A stretch of 63,453 nucleotides of DNA, counting the filler, from Rozella allomycis CSF55 (lineage: Eukaryota), in the NCBI GenBank assembly GCA_000442015.1. It is 13 parts of 13 records of this genome, joined end to end, with 100 filler letters (N's around TTAATTAATTAA, not from the genome) between each part and the next. Parts side by side here need not be neighbours in the genome. Positions count along the whole stretch, not along the records: positions 21,209 to 42,186 come from KE560597.1; 12 more parts are not named here. One strand, given 5' to 3'. Position numbers and translations under genes: made by a program. Positions 25,262-38,153 of this stretch are shown piece by piece (position 1 is the stretch's first letter; the number at the start of each line of letters is the position of its first letter). The notes below the pieces were generated by a model that did not search any database, was not told the DNA's origin, and was given only the letters and a program-made list of their open reading frames with translations.

Positions 25262-25852
25262 TTAATCGACTGGTTCAAGTTCTAATCCGCTAAGATCAAT
25301 AATCTGGTCAAGGAAATCTTCATCATCATCAACATTGTCATCGTTTTCGTCGTCAATGTCTTCTTCCATTTGAATACCAGAGTCTGAGTCTGAATCAGAC
25401 AATAATTCTGTGTCAGAATCTCCGTTGAGCGAATCCGGTACGAATGGAATAATGAATTGATTAGTACTATTCATGTCGATGAAACTTGGCAATTCATTTT
25501 GATTATGGGCCAGATTTGAGGTTGTGTTTTCTTCATTGTTCTCTTGATTCACCCCCTGAGCTGTTTTATTTGAAACTTCTTCTATATCTGCTTCGACAGT
25601 TGGTAGATTTTTGTTATTTAATACTTGCTTGTCTTTTGAGCCAAGATAACGGAGATGTAAGCTGGTTATAGCTTCGAGGATTCTGAGCGAAAGTATTTTC
25701 GATTGAAAAGCCAGATCATCTATGCGATCCAAGATCTTCTCGATGCTAGACGGCTGGTCCAGAACGTCATAGTAGGAAACCGGAAGAACCTTTGCAGGCA
25801 TACTGTTAACCCAAGCAGTGCAAAATATAAAAAGTAGCAAGAAACGTTTCAT
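25262..25852 (-). CDS. Secreted acidic orphan protein C
   Basis: MKRFLLLFIFCTAWVNS-MP..SYYDVLD; D/E-rich tail. Confidence 0.78.
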   Translation of the reverse strand: MKRFLLLFIFCTAWVNSMPAKVLPVSYYDVLDQPSSIEKILDRIDDLAFQSKILSLRILEAITSLHLRYLGSKDKQVLNNKNLPTVEADIEEVSNKTAQGVNQENNEENTTSNLAHNQNELPSFIDMNSTNQFIIPFVPDSLNGDSDTELLSDSDSDSGIQMEEDIDDENDDNVDDDEDFLDQIIDLSGLELEPVD

Positions 25853-25995
25853 CGTGTGGCTATGCAACATGCTTCGGTGTGCAAGGTAGTCAGTCACCTG
25901 TCAACTGCCATTTAGTAATTGATTAATCATGAAATCAAATCAAGATAATTAATTTGACATTACAAAATCTTTTAACTTTTATTATGAAATGGCTA

Positions 25996-26529
25996 TCATT
26001 TATCTTTGGAGTTTGGACTATTTGCATTCAAAGTAATATACTTTTGCGAATCTTCAATCACGTCAATCTTAGTATACCTCTCGTCATCAAAATCCAAAAT
26101 TAATGGGAATTTATGGTGGTCTGGACCTTGGATCTGTGGCCTCTCAATATTTCCTAATCTACCTTTCCTAAACCACATTATATCTCTGTCTCTAGCACCT
26201 CTGTTCATAAATCTTCTAATACAAGATTCCAAAAACTCCATAAAATATGCTCTCAATGCTGACTTTGCATCATTCTTGATAGTGTACCAAATATCGGCCA
26301 TTGTCAAACTGCCGCCATCAAAGTAGCTTGATATGTATTTAATAAATAAAGGCACGATTCTATTTAGAATATAGCCACTATTATTTGATAATAGTTGGAG
26401 AAAATTTGTGTTGCTGGAAGCTTTTGGGAAAATGTTGTCTGAACAGTCATAAATGGAGCTAGGCTTTCTGATGGGCATGGTTACAATCGTAGAAGCAAGT
26501 AGCAGAGTGAATAGAAATCTTGCTTTCAT
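25996..26529 (-). CDS. Secreted orphan protein D
   Basis: MKARFLFTLLLASTIVT-MP..SIYDCSD; GNIERP motif. Confidence 0.78.
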   Translation of the reverse strand: MKARFLFTLLLASTIVTMPIRKPSSIYDCSDNIFPKASSNTNFLQLLSNNSGYILNRIVPLFIKYISSYFDGGSLTMADIWYTIKNDAKSALRAYFMEFLESCIRRFMNRGARDRDIMWFRKGRLGNIERPQIQGPDHHKFPLILDFDDERYTKIDVIEDSQKYITLNANSPNSKDK

Positions 26530-27066
26530 TACGCGGCTTAGTAAATTTGTGTGGCTTGTATTATTGGATCTAATAATAAGAAACGTCTTTATTGCTATTA
26601 TTAACAAACTTAGAAGACAAAAATTAAAAACCAGCACCTTATTGACTCCTATGAGAGAAGTCTGTTGCAACCAAAACAAAAATAGATCCTTTTCAGTTTT
26701 AAATTCTAAAAGAGAGTCATAAATATAGTCCCTACAATGGGACTATAAATACTCCAAGTGACCAATTGTCAATTTCCATTATTGATTGGTGAGAGTCTGC
26801 GACAGAATTCAATTCCAAATATTGATTGGATAGTACCAATAATTTTTGGCGCCCGAAATAGCCATAACAAGGATATATTCAACTGGGATGCATTCATGGA
26901 AAGATTTTAAACATTTGACTAGCAAGGAGTTCAGGATTCCCAAAGGTTTTCAATATTATTTTTGAGCAGCCCCTTTGTGACCCATTTTTTTCAAGGACTA
27001 CTTTTCAGGCACGCATTTGGTTCTCTGAACCTTGATAAATTTTAAATAATGTTCTAAATAGTTTAT

Positions 27067-27789
27067 TTAATTTCGCACCAAAGCCTGACTCCCACCAGAC
27101 TGGTATTCCAAAGCATCATGGAACATATCTTCTGGCGCATCAAAAAACACGTCATCTTCATCATCGCTTTGATCGTTTAATTCAATCATGAAAGGCTTTT
27201 GCATCGTTTGAGTACGTGAATAAGGGATTCTTTTAATCACAGCATCTTCATCATCCCTTTGACCGATTAATTTAATCATCAAAGGTTTTTCCATTTTCTC
27301 GACGTTGGAATTTGTGATTCCATTCATGGATCTCAATTCAAAATCTTGGCTGTCATTATTGTCTCTTTGATCGTTTAATTCAATCATCAATGGTTTTTCC
27401 ATTTTCTCGACATCAGAATTAGTTATTCCTTTCATGGATCTCAATTCAAAATCTTGACTTTCATTGTTGTACTTTTTGACGTATGAATTTAAGAGTTTTA
27501 AGACATAGTCTGTCCATGATGACGTCTTGTTACTTTTAATTTCGCTGGATGGCGAGTCCTCAGAGTCGTTTGGTTTTGATTTTTTGAGAAAGCTGCCAAA
27601 GAATTCTATGATTGGAGAAAGAAGATTTTGAAGAAAGTCGTTGCTGAACTGTGAAATTGAGTCGTTGTTTGAAGTGAAGCAATAGTCTATGATAGATTTG
27701 TCATCTAGGATGTCGTAGCATGATCTTTTGATTGGAACGGTAGCGATTGAGGATGCGATGAGAGCAGTGAAAAGAATTTTTGATTTCAT
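27067..27789 (-). CDS. Secreted acidic orphan protein E with internal 36-aa repeats
   Basis: MKSKILFTALIASSIAT-VP..SCYDILD; repeats at 27361-27468 and 27253-27360, partial third copy. Confidence 0.8.
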   Translation of the reverse strand: MKSKILFTALIASSIATVPIKRSCYDILDDKSIIDYCFTSNNDSISQFSNDFLQNLLSPIIEFFGSFLKKSKPNDSEDSPSSEIKSNKTSSWTDYVLKLLNSYVKKYNNESQDFELRSMKGITNSDVEKMEKPLMIELNDQRDNNDSQDFELRSMNGITNSNVEKMEKPLMIKLIGQRDDEDAVIKRIPYSRTQTMQKPFMIELNDQSDDEDDVFFDAPEDMFHDALEYQSGGSQALVRN

Positions 27790-27963
27790 TTAGATAGTGG
27801 CTTGGTGTCAGCAACTATATATGGGTTAACCTAAAAATAGATAGATGTAAAAATAGAAAATAGCCCAGATGTAAAATTAATAGATTTTAGAAAAGAAAAT
27901 AGATAGACGTAAAAATAGATTTCTTAGAATAGAGTAGATTGCAAAACAAGTTTATTTCACTTC

Positions 27964-30900
27964 TTATGTTAACTTGAGGGTAACTAGTAATTTCTTATTC
28001 TTGTTACTAATTTGGGTTGTAGATTTTCTCTTTTTCTGTTTCTTTGTAAATTTATCAAATGGATTGTCATTGACTTTACCTTTCCCTTTGTCAGTACTTT
28101 CACCTTTACTTTTCCCTTTATCAGTACTTTCACCTTTAGTCTTCCCCTTTTCTGCTCCCTTCTCAACTCCCTTTCCCTTCTCTACTCCCTTGCTATCTTT
28201 GAGTTTATCATTGTCATCATTTCTTCTTCTCTCTTCCATTTTCTGTAACAGTTGCAATTCCAATTCTTCATCATCTAATAAAAGCGACATTATTTCTTTT
28301 TTAGATTCTTGTTTGAATTCACCGCCAGCAATGACCACTTTTTGAATTTGATCTTTTTGGTTTGCTCTTTGCAGGATTCTCTCTTCGATTGTATTCTTGC
28401 AGATTAAACGGTAGACGGTGACTTGCTTTGTTTGACCTAGACGATGTGCTCTGTCCATTGCCTGTTAGTGAGAATAAATTGGATTACTTGTTGATCAACA
28501 GTTGGATTCCAATCTGAATCAAAAAAGATGACAGTGTCTGCAGCAGTTAAATTGATGCCAAGACCACCAGCTCTAGTTGACAAGAGAAAGATGAAAATGT
28601 CAGGGTTTGATTGCCAATCATTTACTAGATCTCTTCTGTCGGATATTTTAGTTGAGCCATCTAATCTAAGATATTTGAATCTTCTAAAGTTCAAGTAGTC
28701 TTCCAAGAGATCAATCATTCTCGTCATTTGATTGTAGATTAAAACTCTGTGGTTGTTTGATTTTAATTCAAATAAAAGTTTATCCAAGTATGATAATTTT
28801 CCAGAATCATTTATGAATTTTAAAAAGTTTGGAGAATTTATTGGATTAATTTGTTTACAATCAAAATCTAAAAGTTTAGAATAAAATATTTCATTGAAAT
28901 TAAATGAATTCAACAAACTTTGATTATTAATAAAATTCATACTAGAACAAGTTAATGTTATTGGAGGGGCTAAACATTTTGGCACCAATGGATTCAATCT
29001 TTTCAAAGCAGTCTCAACTGTATAAGATGTGATATCTAAGTTAGAGAGAGTAGTGAGACTATTAGAGAGACTAGTTGAAGTAGTGGTGTAATTGATAACA
29101 CTTAAACTACTATCACTGTTACTATTACTATAACTCTCATCACTACTACCTTCAATGTGTTGTTCATGTCTGAGATGTTTAATTATATCAATTGGCTCCT
29201 TTGTTATTAATAAATTCTTATCACTAGAATTCATTTCAACACAATTATATAAAAGCTTTGGAAGATGAAATTGAATTGGATTTTCATTTTGAAATAAACA
29301 ATTTGATTCAATTGGAACATTTCTACTAAAGATGAATGGAGAAACAATATTAGATTTTTCAAATAGATCTGGATGATTACATACCTTTCTAAATTGCATT
29401 ACCAGATTCATCAAATAAGAATCATCATTTGATTTATTAATTAGATCCTTTAATGACATTTTATTCTTCAATGATTGATACATTTTCTTTTGCTTTAAAC
29501 TAGAATTCACTTTAACTTCAATTTCAATCTTTTCACCCAACTCATGCTCAACATCCTTCTTCACTCGTCTCAACATGAATGGCTTCAATATCATATGAAG
29601 TCTATTCAACTGATTATCATCCAAAGAACTATTATTCTCTGCATGCGACTCAATGTCCTTGGAAAACCATTCACTAAACTCATCATGCGAATCAAACAAC
29701 GTTGGCATAATAAAATGAAGCAACGCCCACAACTCTTGCATCGAATTCTGTATTGGCGTTCCTGTAATCAATAATCTATTCCTACAGTTAAAATTCAACA
29801 ATGTCTTCCATCTAACACTACTGCTACTCTTAATCGCATGCGCTTCATCCAACACCATACACTGCCACTTCAATCTATTAAAATACTTTTCATCTTGAAC
29901 AACTATTTGATAGCTAGTTATCAACACATGAAACGATGATTCTTTTTGATACAAATTCTTCAAATTCCAAAACTTTCTCAATGTTTTTCTATCACTAATA
30001 GTCCCCCAATATGGCAACGTCTATATCAATCTCTACAATATTCTTACTTTGAATTCTGGCGTAAATTTAGTAAATTCTTGTTGCCAATTATGAAGCGTTG
30101 ATGCTGGCGCTACAATCAAAAATGGTCCCCATATATTATGCTTCTCTGCTAAATGAGCCAGAAATGATATTGATTGAACTGTCTTTCCTAATCCCATATC
30201 ATCTGACAACACTCCATTAATCCCCTGCTCATACAAATTAACAAGCCAATTCAATCCCTTTCTCTGATATGGCTTCAATTCACACTGTAACATTCTTGGC
30301 TGTTCCACTTGCAAACTTATCTCTTCTACTCTATTGCCTCTCTCTTCATCAAACGCTCTTGTTTTCATTTGTTGCTTTTCTATTGCCATCTGTGCTTGTT
30401 CCTTTGCCTTTTCTTTCAACTGTTCATCACTCAACTCGTCAAAATTTATAACTTTTAAATCACTTGAAGCCACGGTATGATTATTTAAACCCTTTGTATC
30501 ACTACTTGAACCCTTTGCGTCACTGCTACTAGCTCCCTTCTCTTCTCCTACAACTCGCTTGCCTATGAAATGCGAATACAACTCTGTCTGCGTAATCAGA
30601 AAATTCAACTTTTTAGCTTGTCTTTTGGCTTCCCTTATCTCTTCCTCCTTTTTCCTCCTCTCAATCGCATCCTTGGCACTCTTCTTTCTCAATTCCTTTT
30701 CCTCCTTTTCATTTCTTCTCCAAAAAGACAACATCTGATCATTCCCCTAAATTCATCTTACATCTCTACTAGCCTTCTTGGCCCTCAAATTAGGATCTCT
30801 ATTCACCCAAATAAACCTCTGGAAATTTCTCTTCACTTCCTTTTCACACAACGTTGAAACCCTTTTATTAGTCAACGTCTTTGTATTCGTAAACTGACTC

Positions 30901-31696
30901 ATAGCCTTGGATGCCTACTCTCATCAATCTCTTCTATTTACCCTCGGGATTATCCTTCTCGTTATATTCTGCCAAACCCTCTTCTGTCGAGTCTCCACAT
31001 CCATCACCTCATTCTCCTCCTCATTCATCTCTTCCTCTTCAACATCCTTCATATGGTCAATCGGAACTTCTTCTGGAGGTATCACCAACTCAACAACAAC
31101 ATTCTTTTTCTTTTCAACCCTACGGTCCACAATCTTCTCAACCTCCACAACTTTATCCCGCGCTCCAATCTCAGACCTCCTCAATGCCCTCCTACTACTC
31201 CTCACAGGTGTCTTCCCACCAACACTCTCTCCCTCATTTAACACTCCAGCAACCGCCTCCACAACAGCCGCACTCTTAACAACACTCTCCCTCCTCATCT
31301 CATCCTCACTCCCAACATCGCCCTCATAAAACCCCAACTCTCCCAGCCTCTCAATACTCTTCTTCAGCCGCTCCTTGGATTCCTACCCAATCACACTCAA
31401 CTCCTTACCTCAAACCACACACTCTCCTCCTCCACCAGCTTCGCCGCCCTGCTCTCCCGTCGCGATATATACCGCGCAAGCAAATCCATCTGCAACTCAT
31501 CCTCCGCTACACTCATCCCTACACTCTTGTCCCCTTCATGCCATTCAGCTAAATACGTCCAATCCCCGTGCAAGTTCTCATACGGGATACACGTATGCGC
31601 ATACTTTGTCGTAAACGGGATTTTATACTGCAATGTTAAACTCAACTGCTGCTCTAGTGACTCCAACTGCGCAATCGTTGCCTTGGCCTTTTTCAT
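27964..31696 (-). CDS. INO80: INO80 chromatin-remodelling ATPase, multi-exon
   Basis: [66 protein letters not shown]; 5' exon structure approximate. Confidence 0.95.
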
Positions 31697-31819
31697 GTAA
31701 CAAGGGTCATCGTTCTGGTCAAAGTAATGACAATAACAGTGCAGAATATTGATGAGATATTTGTAAGATAATTAGAGATTTTAATCGCTTTATTTAATAT
31801 TAAATAAACTGATAGTGCT

Positions 31820-32989
<1,170 letters not shown>

Positions 32990-33082
32990 TCAAATTGTAC
33001 CAGGGTTGAAAATGGCGTGAAAGAATTGTCATCGATGGAAAATATAATTAATGAACACATGGAATTATAAATATGAAATAGT

Positions 33083-34188
33083 TTATGAAAATTTCACTTC
33101 AAGCATGTCCCCACTCTCAATGTCCAAGTCTTCTGGTTTGTCGTCTTTTCTAATCTTATCACCATCAAAAAAGAAAGATAGTTGAACTTTATCATCTAAT
33201 TGTCTTTCATCCCGGAATTTCCTTTCCAAGTCCTCAAAATTTTCGTCTTGATCTACAAATGGAGAAAAAAATCATATTTACCTAATAAAATCCAAATATC
33301 CTCCTTTTTGGATATCCTTATTTTTAATTTTAATTTGTCAGAATCTTCTTCGTTATTTTGAGTAAACTCTTTCGCCTCGGAAATCATTTTCTGTACGTCG
33401 ACTTGATTATCCTCCATGACGTCAACATCGTCTTTGTCGCTTTCCAAATCTTCTTGGTCAATAGCATTACATTGTGGATGATGAATATCTTGAAAATATT
33501 GTAAAAATATACTTACAAAATGACGTATTGGATATTATACCAAGAATGTTTGGTGTAGCATATGGCAGAACAGGAACTTTTCTATAATAAAATTTTAGAG
33601 CACCAAAAATGCAAGTTGCCTTATATTCATCTTCCAATTGCTTAAAATACGTTTGAAATTTTTCATTCTGTAAAAAATTGAAAGAAACAATTACTGTTTT
33701 CATCAAAATTGTTTTAATTGGTAATTTAAAAGTACAGTTTTCAAGCTTACATGTTTGTATAATTATTTCGATTTCTTTGCTTGAATTTTCATTTGTTGAA
33801 TTATCTTGGTTCAATACCTTCAACTCCCTAATAAATCTTTACAAATTAATTACTCTGAATATCCTTCGAACATATCGTCTATTATAGATACGTCACTTAA
33901 ACTTTCGTGATCTTCGGGTACCTCGCTGGAAGAATCGACGATTACCACTTCCTCATTGATTGGGCTCCTGCGAGAGCGTTGAGTAGTATGTGCATTATTT
34001 TGTTCAACAGTAACATCTGATGATTCAGACGAATCATCGTCTTGGTTGATTTTCTTAATCGTAACTGAGTTTACGTCTTCGTCTGAATCGTCAGGTAAGA
34101 AGCTCTTTTTTCGTTTTGATCTTGAAGTGAAAGAAAAGAATTCATCCTCTTCTTTATTATTCTCATCTGAGGGTGTTGTTTCAGTCAT
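33083..34188 (-). CDS. Rad60/Esc2/NIP45-like protein with SUMO-like domains, multi-exon
   Basis: Acidic disordered N-terminus with VVIVD SIM-like motif; C-terminal FFFDGDKIRKDDKPEDLDIESGDMLEV lacking diglycine. Confidence 0.7.
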
Positions 34189-34267
34189 TGCCAGTGAATT
34201 CTTCACTTTACGATATTTCTCAAACCTGTAAACCAAGACTAAGTTACTAGAAACCAAAGAATATATT

Positions 34268-34588
34268 TTATTTTGTTATATACTTTGATGAGAAATGCTT
34301 CTTATTTACTCTATAGAATGTAAACCCACCAATAATTGACCCAAGGATGACTAATGTTCCAAGAACTCCTCCCACTAACATAATTATGTCTTCCTCTTTA
34401 TTTTGATCTTCTTCTTTGGGAATCAGTTCGCTTCCTTTAGCATCTTTGATTCCAGATTTCACTAGTGCTATTTGCGTATGCTTGGAGGAATTCTTTAGAG
34501 TATTGGATTTTTCAACCCCCATGTGCGGCGGTGACGCTTTGAGCTCGTAGCAAAATGTGACGAAAATTAATAGAAATGCAAATTTCAT
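34268..34588 (-). CDS. Small type I membrane orphan protein
   Basis: Signal peptide MKFAFLLIFVTFCYELKA, one TM helix IIMLVGGVLGTLVILGSIIGGFTF, basic tail. Confidence 0.7.
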   Translation of the reverse strand: MKFAFLLIFVTFCYELKASPPHMGVEKSNTLKNSSKHTQIALVKSGIKDAKGSELIPKEEDQNKEEDIIMLVGGVLGTLVILGSIIGGFTFYRVNKKHFSSKYITK

Positions 34589-35046
34589 ACAAAAATTTAG
34601 TTGGTGGCGCTGTCTACAAGATTAGTGGTTTTAATCACTGTAACAAATGTCAAAATTTTGATAGTACAAATTTTATGATAATATGAACTTCTAACAAATA
34701 GAAAATCTATACGAATTGAAAATTTTACCGTGAATGCTCGACCAAAAATTTTTCTTTTCAAAAATAACTAAACATTTAAACGAGAAACAGATGAGCGATC
34801 ACTGATGATTTTTAAACTACAAACATTGAATATTCCAATATCAGCATCTATCTAGTAATATAATCTCTAGTCAATCGTTTACTTTTTTGAAATTGATTAT
34901 TTAAATTTCATAAAGAATATAAAAGATATTTTCTTTTATATTGCTTTAACAGAAAATGGTTCATCAGCATATTTAATGTTTTATGACAGTTTAAACCTTA
35001 GGAAGCCTAGAAATAGAGATTCTCAAGGCTTATTCCTTCGCGTTGG

Positions 35047-35084
35047 TTCCCCGTGTTGAGTCAAATTAAGCCGCAGGCTCCACT
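35047..35084 (-). other. Isolated 38-nt fragment matching conserved 18S rRNA (helix 30/31 region)
   Basis: Minus strand reads AGTGGAGCCTGCGGCTTAATTTGACTCAACACGGGGAA; flanks are not 18S. Confidence 0.9.
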
Positions 35085-35202
35085 GATTTGAAAGATTATT
35101 ATAAATAAATTCTTTAACTTATTAAAAAAAATTGCAAAATCTTGGGGGTACCAATTTGGAAATTNCAAAATCTTGGGGGTACCAATTTGGAAATTTGATC
35201 CT

Positions 35203-36371
35203 ATGATTTCATTCCCCATGAATCGCACTCCTACAGCATACTTTCATTTGAGTACAATGTTGCAAAGAGTTGCATGTAATAATTTGTCACCCGTGCCCGG
35301 CTCTCGCAAGAGTGTAATTTTCGTCATTCTTTTCAATTAGAAACGCCCTAGGGGAAAAAGACATGGGAGAGGAAATAAAGGTGCAAAATCAAAATCGGGC
35401 AATAGTGTACCAAGAGGTTTTGAGGGTGGTCAGTCACCATTACAAATCACTTCTCCCAAATGGATCACAGACAAGATGGTGAAAGAAAGAGGCAAATGCA
35501 AAGAACTTGCACTTGGTCATTTGCAATACCTAATAAACAATGGAAGGCTTGATCCCTTCAATAAAATTGATTTAAGGGTTTTACGCAGAGCCGGTGTAAC
35601 GAATGCAAGTTCGACAAAGAAGTTGTTAGTGACAGGAAGAGTACAATTATTATATTAAGTTAGGATAGGATGGAAGTTTTTTACAAACACCACTAACAAT
35701 AGAAGCCCATGAGTTTGAAGAAGATGCAATCAAAAGAATTGAAGAATTGGGTGGTTCAGTAACAGCAGTTCATTTACCTCCTCCATCAGCAAGAGCACTA
35801 TTATTTCCGGATAAATATGATGTATTAAAATATATTTTGTCTTAGTTAGAAAAATACATTATTTGCTGCACCTGTAAGTAACAAGGAACGAATTACATAT
35901 TTTTCGTGGAAAAAGAGAGGTTATTTGTCACCACCTAAATTGTATGAAAATATTACGAATTTAGAATTCCTAAAACGATATGTTATTATTCGACCAACTA
36001 AAAATTATGTTTTAGTTTATCCTTCATTGGCCCAAGAATATGACGACCTCGGTATAGATTTGGACTCATTGCCTTTTGCTGACCAGTTCTACGATGATCA
36101 AAAGATAATCATTGAGCGCGTGGAGAACATGAATAAGACTGGTACCTTCGATGAGAAAATATTGAATTATTTGCCAAAAATGAAGAATCCCCCATTAGAT
36201 AAAATGAAAAATTTGCATCCTGAATTGTTAAACTGGTTATTAGAGTACAAAAACAAATATTTGGCGGAAATTCAAGAAAAGAACGAAGAAATTCGCAAGA
36301 GGCAAGAAAGTGAAAACGAGGAGCTAGGAGAAGGGTTTAAATACTTCGTAAAGTCTGAATCAACAAAATAA
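35203..36371 (+). CDS. Mitochondrial ribosomal protein uL15m, multi-exon
   Basis: NNLSPVPGS, GRGNKGAKSK, RGFEGGQSPL, LQYLINNGRLDP, AIKRIEELGGSV. Confidence 0.85.
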
Positions 36372-36399
36372 ATTTAAAGTTTCCATCCTGACAAATTTC

Positions 36400-37458
36400 A
36401 TGAAATTTAGAAAAACAAAGTCTTTTCCCCTAAAATTGGCCATTACCCTGATTCTCACTGTTTTAATATTAATTCAACTTAATATTAATAGCAAAATAAA
36501 AGTTGGCGAGTACAATATTGAAAACAGGTATGAATCATCGCAAATTGATGTAAATGACACCACTGAACAATTTTCACGCGTTTCAAGCTACCTTCGAAAA
36601 TTTTCAAAGTCTTCAAAAGAAGTATTCTTAACGGATGAAGAATTTAGAATATTCCTTAATAGTAAATTCAATGGAACCGGATTGCTGCCGTACAAAGGCC
36701 GAATGCTTTACAACAGCAGTGATATTTTATTTATTGTCATGGGCTCTAAAGCTAAGAGACATCGATCAGTTATAGCAAAAAACACGTGGCATCAATGGGC
36801 TGAAAAGATCATCATTTTTGGTGATGAGATGGATCTTAACATCAATATGGTAACTCTATCAGATCTAAAAGGGAAATGGAACTATACTGACGCACAACAT
36901 AGACAACTTAAGGGAATGAAATGGTTACATGAGAATCGCACTAATCTCACAAAAACATGTAAGTGGATCATGCTTGTAGATGATGACACATGGGTAAATG
37001 TACCTGCTACAATCCACTTTTTGTCACAATATGATTCCCGATTGTTGACAGCTTTTGGCTACATTTGGGATAAACTTTTCGAAAAGGATGAAGCATTTCA
37101 TAGCGGCGGTGCCGGAATTATACTTTCATATCCGGCGTTTTCAAAAGTTTCAGACTCATTGTACACTGACAAATGTCCTTTTATGGATTGGAATGACGTC
37201 ACAATAGCCAACTGTCTTTATCGCACTGGTGTATTTAAAGTGCATGTAAACAGGATGCATCCGCTGAAGCCTAGTGAATTAGACTTAAGGCAAATGTTGA
37301 ATTTTTATCCTGAATTAACAATTCACGCCATAGAAAATGAAGATCTCTATGTCAACTTAACATGCGAAGCCGCCTTTCATTATCACTATCCCGTTAATAA
37401 CAATCTCTGCAATAAATACATTCCTCATTCCAATAGAATAAACGCTATGATTGATTAA
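36400..37458 (+). CDS. Fringe-like GT31 glycosyltransferase, paralog 1
   Basis: N-terminal signal anchor; KWIMLVDDDTWVN; HSGGAGIILS; NDVTIANC. Confidence 0.85.
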   Translation: MKFRKTKSFPLKLAITLILTVLILIQLNINSKIKVGEYNIENRYESSQIDVNDTTEQFSRVSSYLRKFSKSSKEVFLTDEEFRIFLNSKFNGTGLLPYKGRMLYNSSDILFIVMGSKAKRHRSVIAKNTWHQWAEKIIIFGDEMDLNINMVTLSDLKGKWNYTDAQHRQLKGMKWLHENRTNLTKTCKWIMLVDDDTWVNVPATIHFLSQYDSRLLTAFGYIWDKLFEKDEAFHSGGAGIILSYPAFSKVSDSLYTDKCPFMDWNDVTIANCLYRTGVFKVHVNRMHPLKPSELDLRQMLNFYPELTIHAIENEDLYVNLTCEAAFHYHYPVNNNLCNKYIPHSNRINAMID

Positions 37459-37475
37459 AGAATTTGAAGTTTTAT

Positions 37476-38153
37476 TTACAAGTTTAAACCGAGGTCCTTT
37501 TGGCCAAAATAGGATGCAATTATAACGATGATTACCTTTAAACTAGCCAATAACGTTTCTTCTACATCGCACGAGTTTACAAGTTGTAAACATTCCTTCG
37601 AAAGATCTCTCAACATTGAAGTGAATTCTGCTTCTAATAAATTGTCCATTCTTACTAATAGGCAATAGAGCCATAAAGAATGATGTGTTGAAAGCTCCCT
37701 CTTTTTTAATAATTCGTAATACTTTTCCACAAGATTTAGTGTTGCATCTTGTGGTATCGTAGAGATTATTGAACTTGTTGGGAATTCATTTTTACTGTAT
37801 TCAAACCATTCTGTTATATGCTTATCATTATTTAATTTTATGTTATTATGAATAGCCTGCCTCGCCCGGATAAAGATTTTCATGACGTCTGATGTCCATT
37901 CTTGCTGATTTTGATCAACATCCGTAAAGCTTCGTGAGCACAAAAGTCTCTGATATTCATGTCTTTGTGTAGAAGTTTCCAATTTGGGAAGACTCTCTGC
38001 CTCAACAGGATCCGAATATTTTTTGGATTCAAAATATACTTGACGAAGATAAGCAGGCCCTGTTTTTGGAAAACCTTCCTCGTCTAAATCAGAATCATCG
38101 GCAATTGGTAATACTTGACCGTGACTTTGGATTTTCCTTTTCCTTTTCGGCAT
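37476..38153 (-). CDS. GEMIN2: Gemin2/SIP1 (SMN-interacting protein)
   Basis: YLRQVYFES, WLYCLLVRMD, SMLRDLSKEC, YFGQKDL. Confidence 0.85.
   Translation of the reverse strand: MPKRKRKIQSHGQVLPIADDSDLDEEGFPKTGPAYLRQVYFESKKYSDPVEAESLPKLETSTQRHEYQRLLCSRSFTDVDQNQQEWTSDVMKIFIRARQAIHNNIKLNNDKHITEWFEYSKNEFPTSSIISTIPQDATLNLVEKYYELLKKRELSTHHSLWLYCLLVRMDNLLEAEFTSMLRDLSKECLQLVNSCDVEETLLASLKVIIVIIASYFGQKDLGLNL

Noticed and set aside
35047..35084. Full rRNA gene
   Set aside because: Only 38 nt match; flanks are unrelated to 18S.
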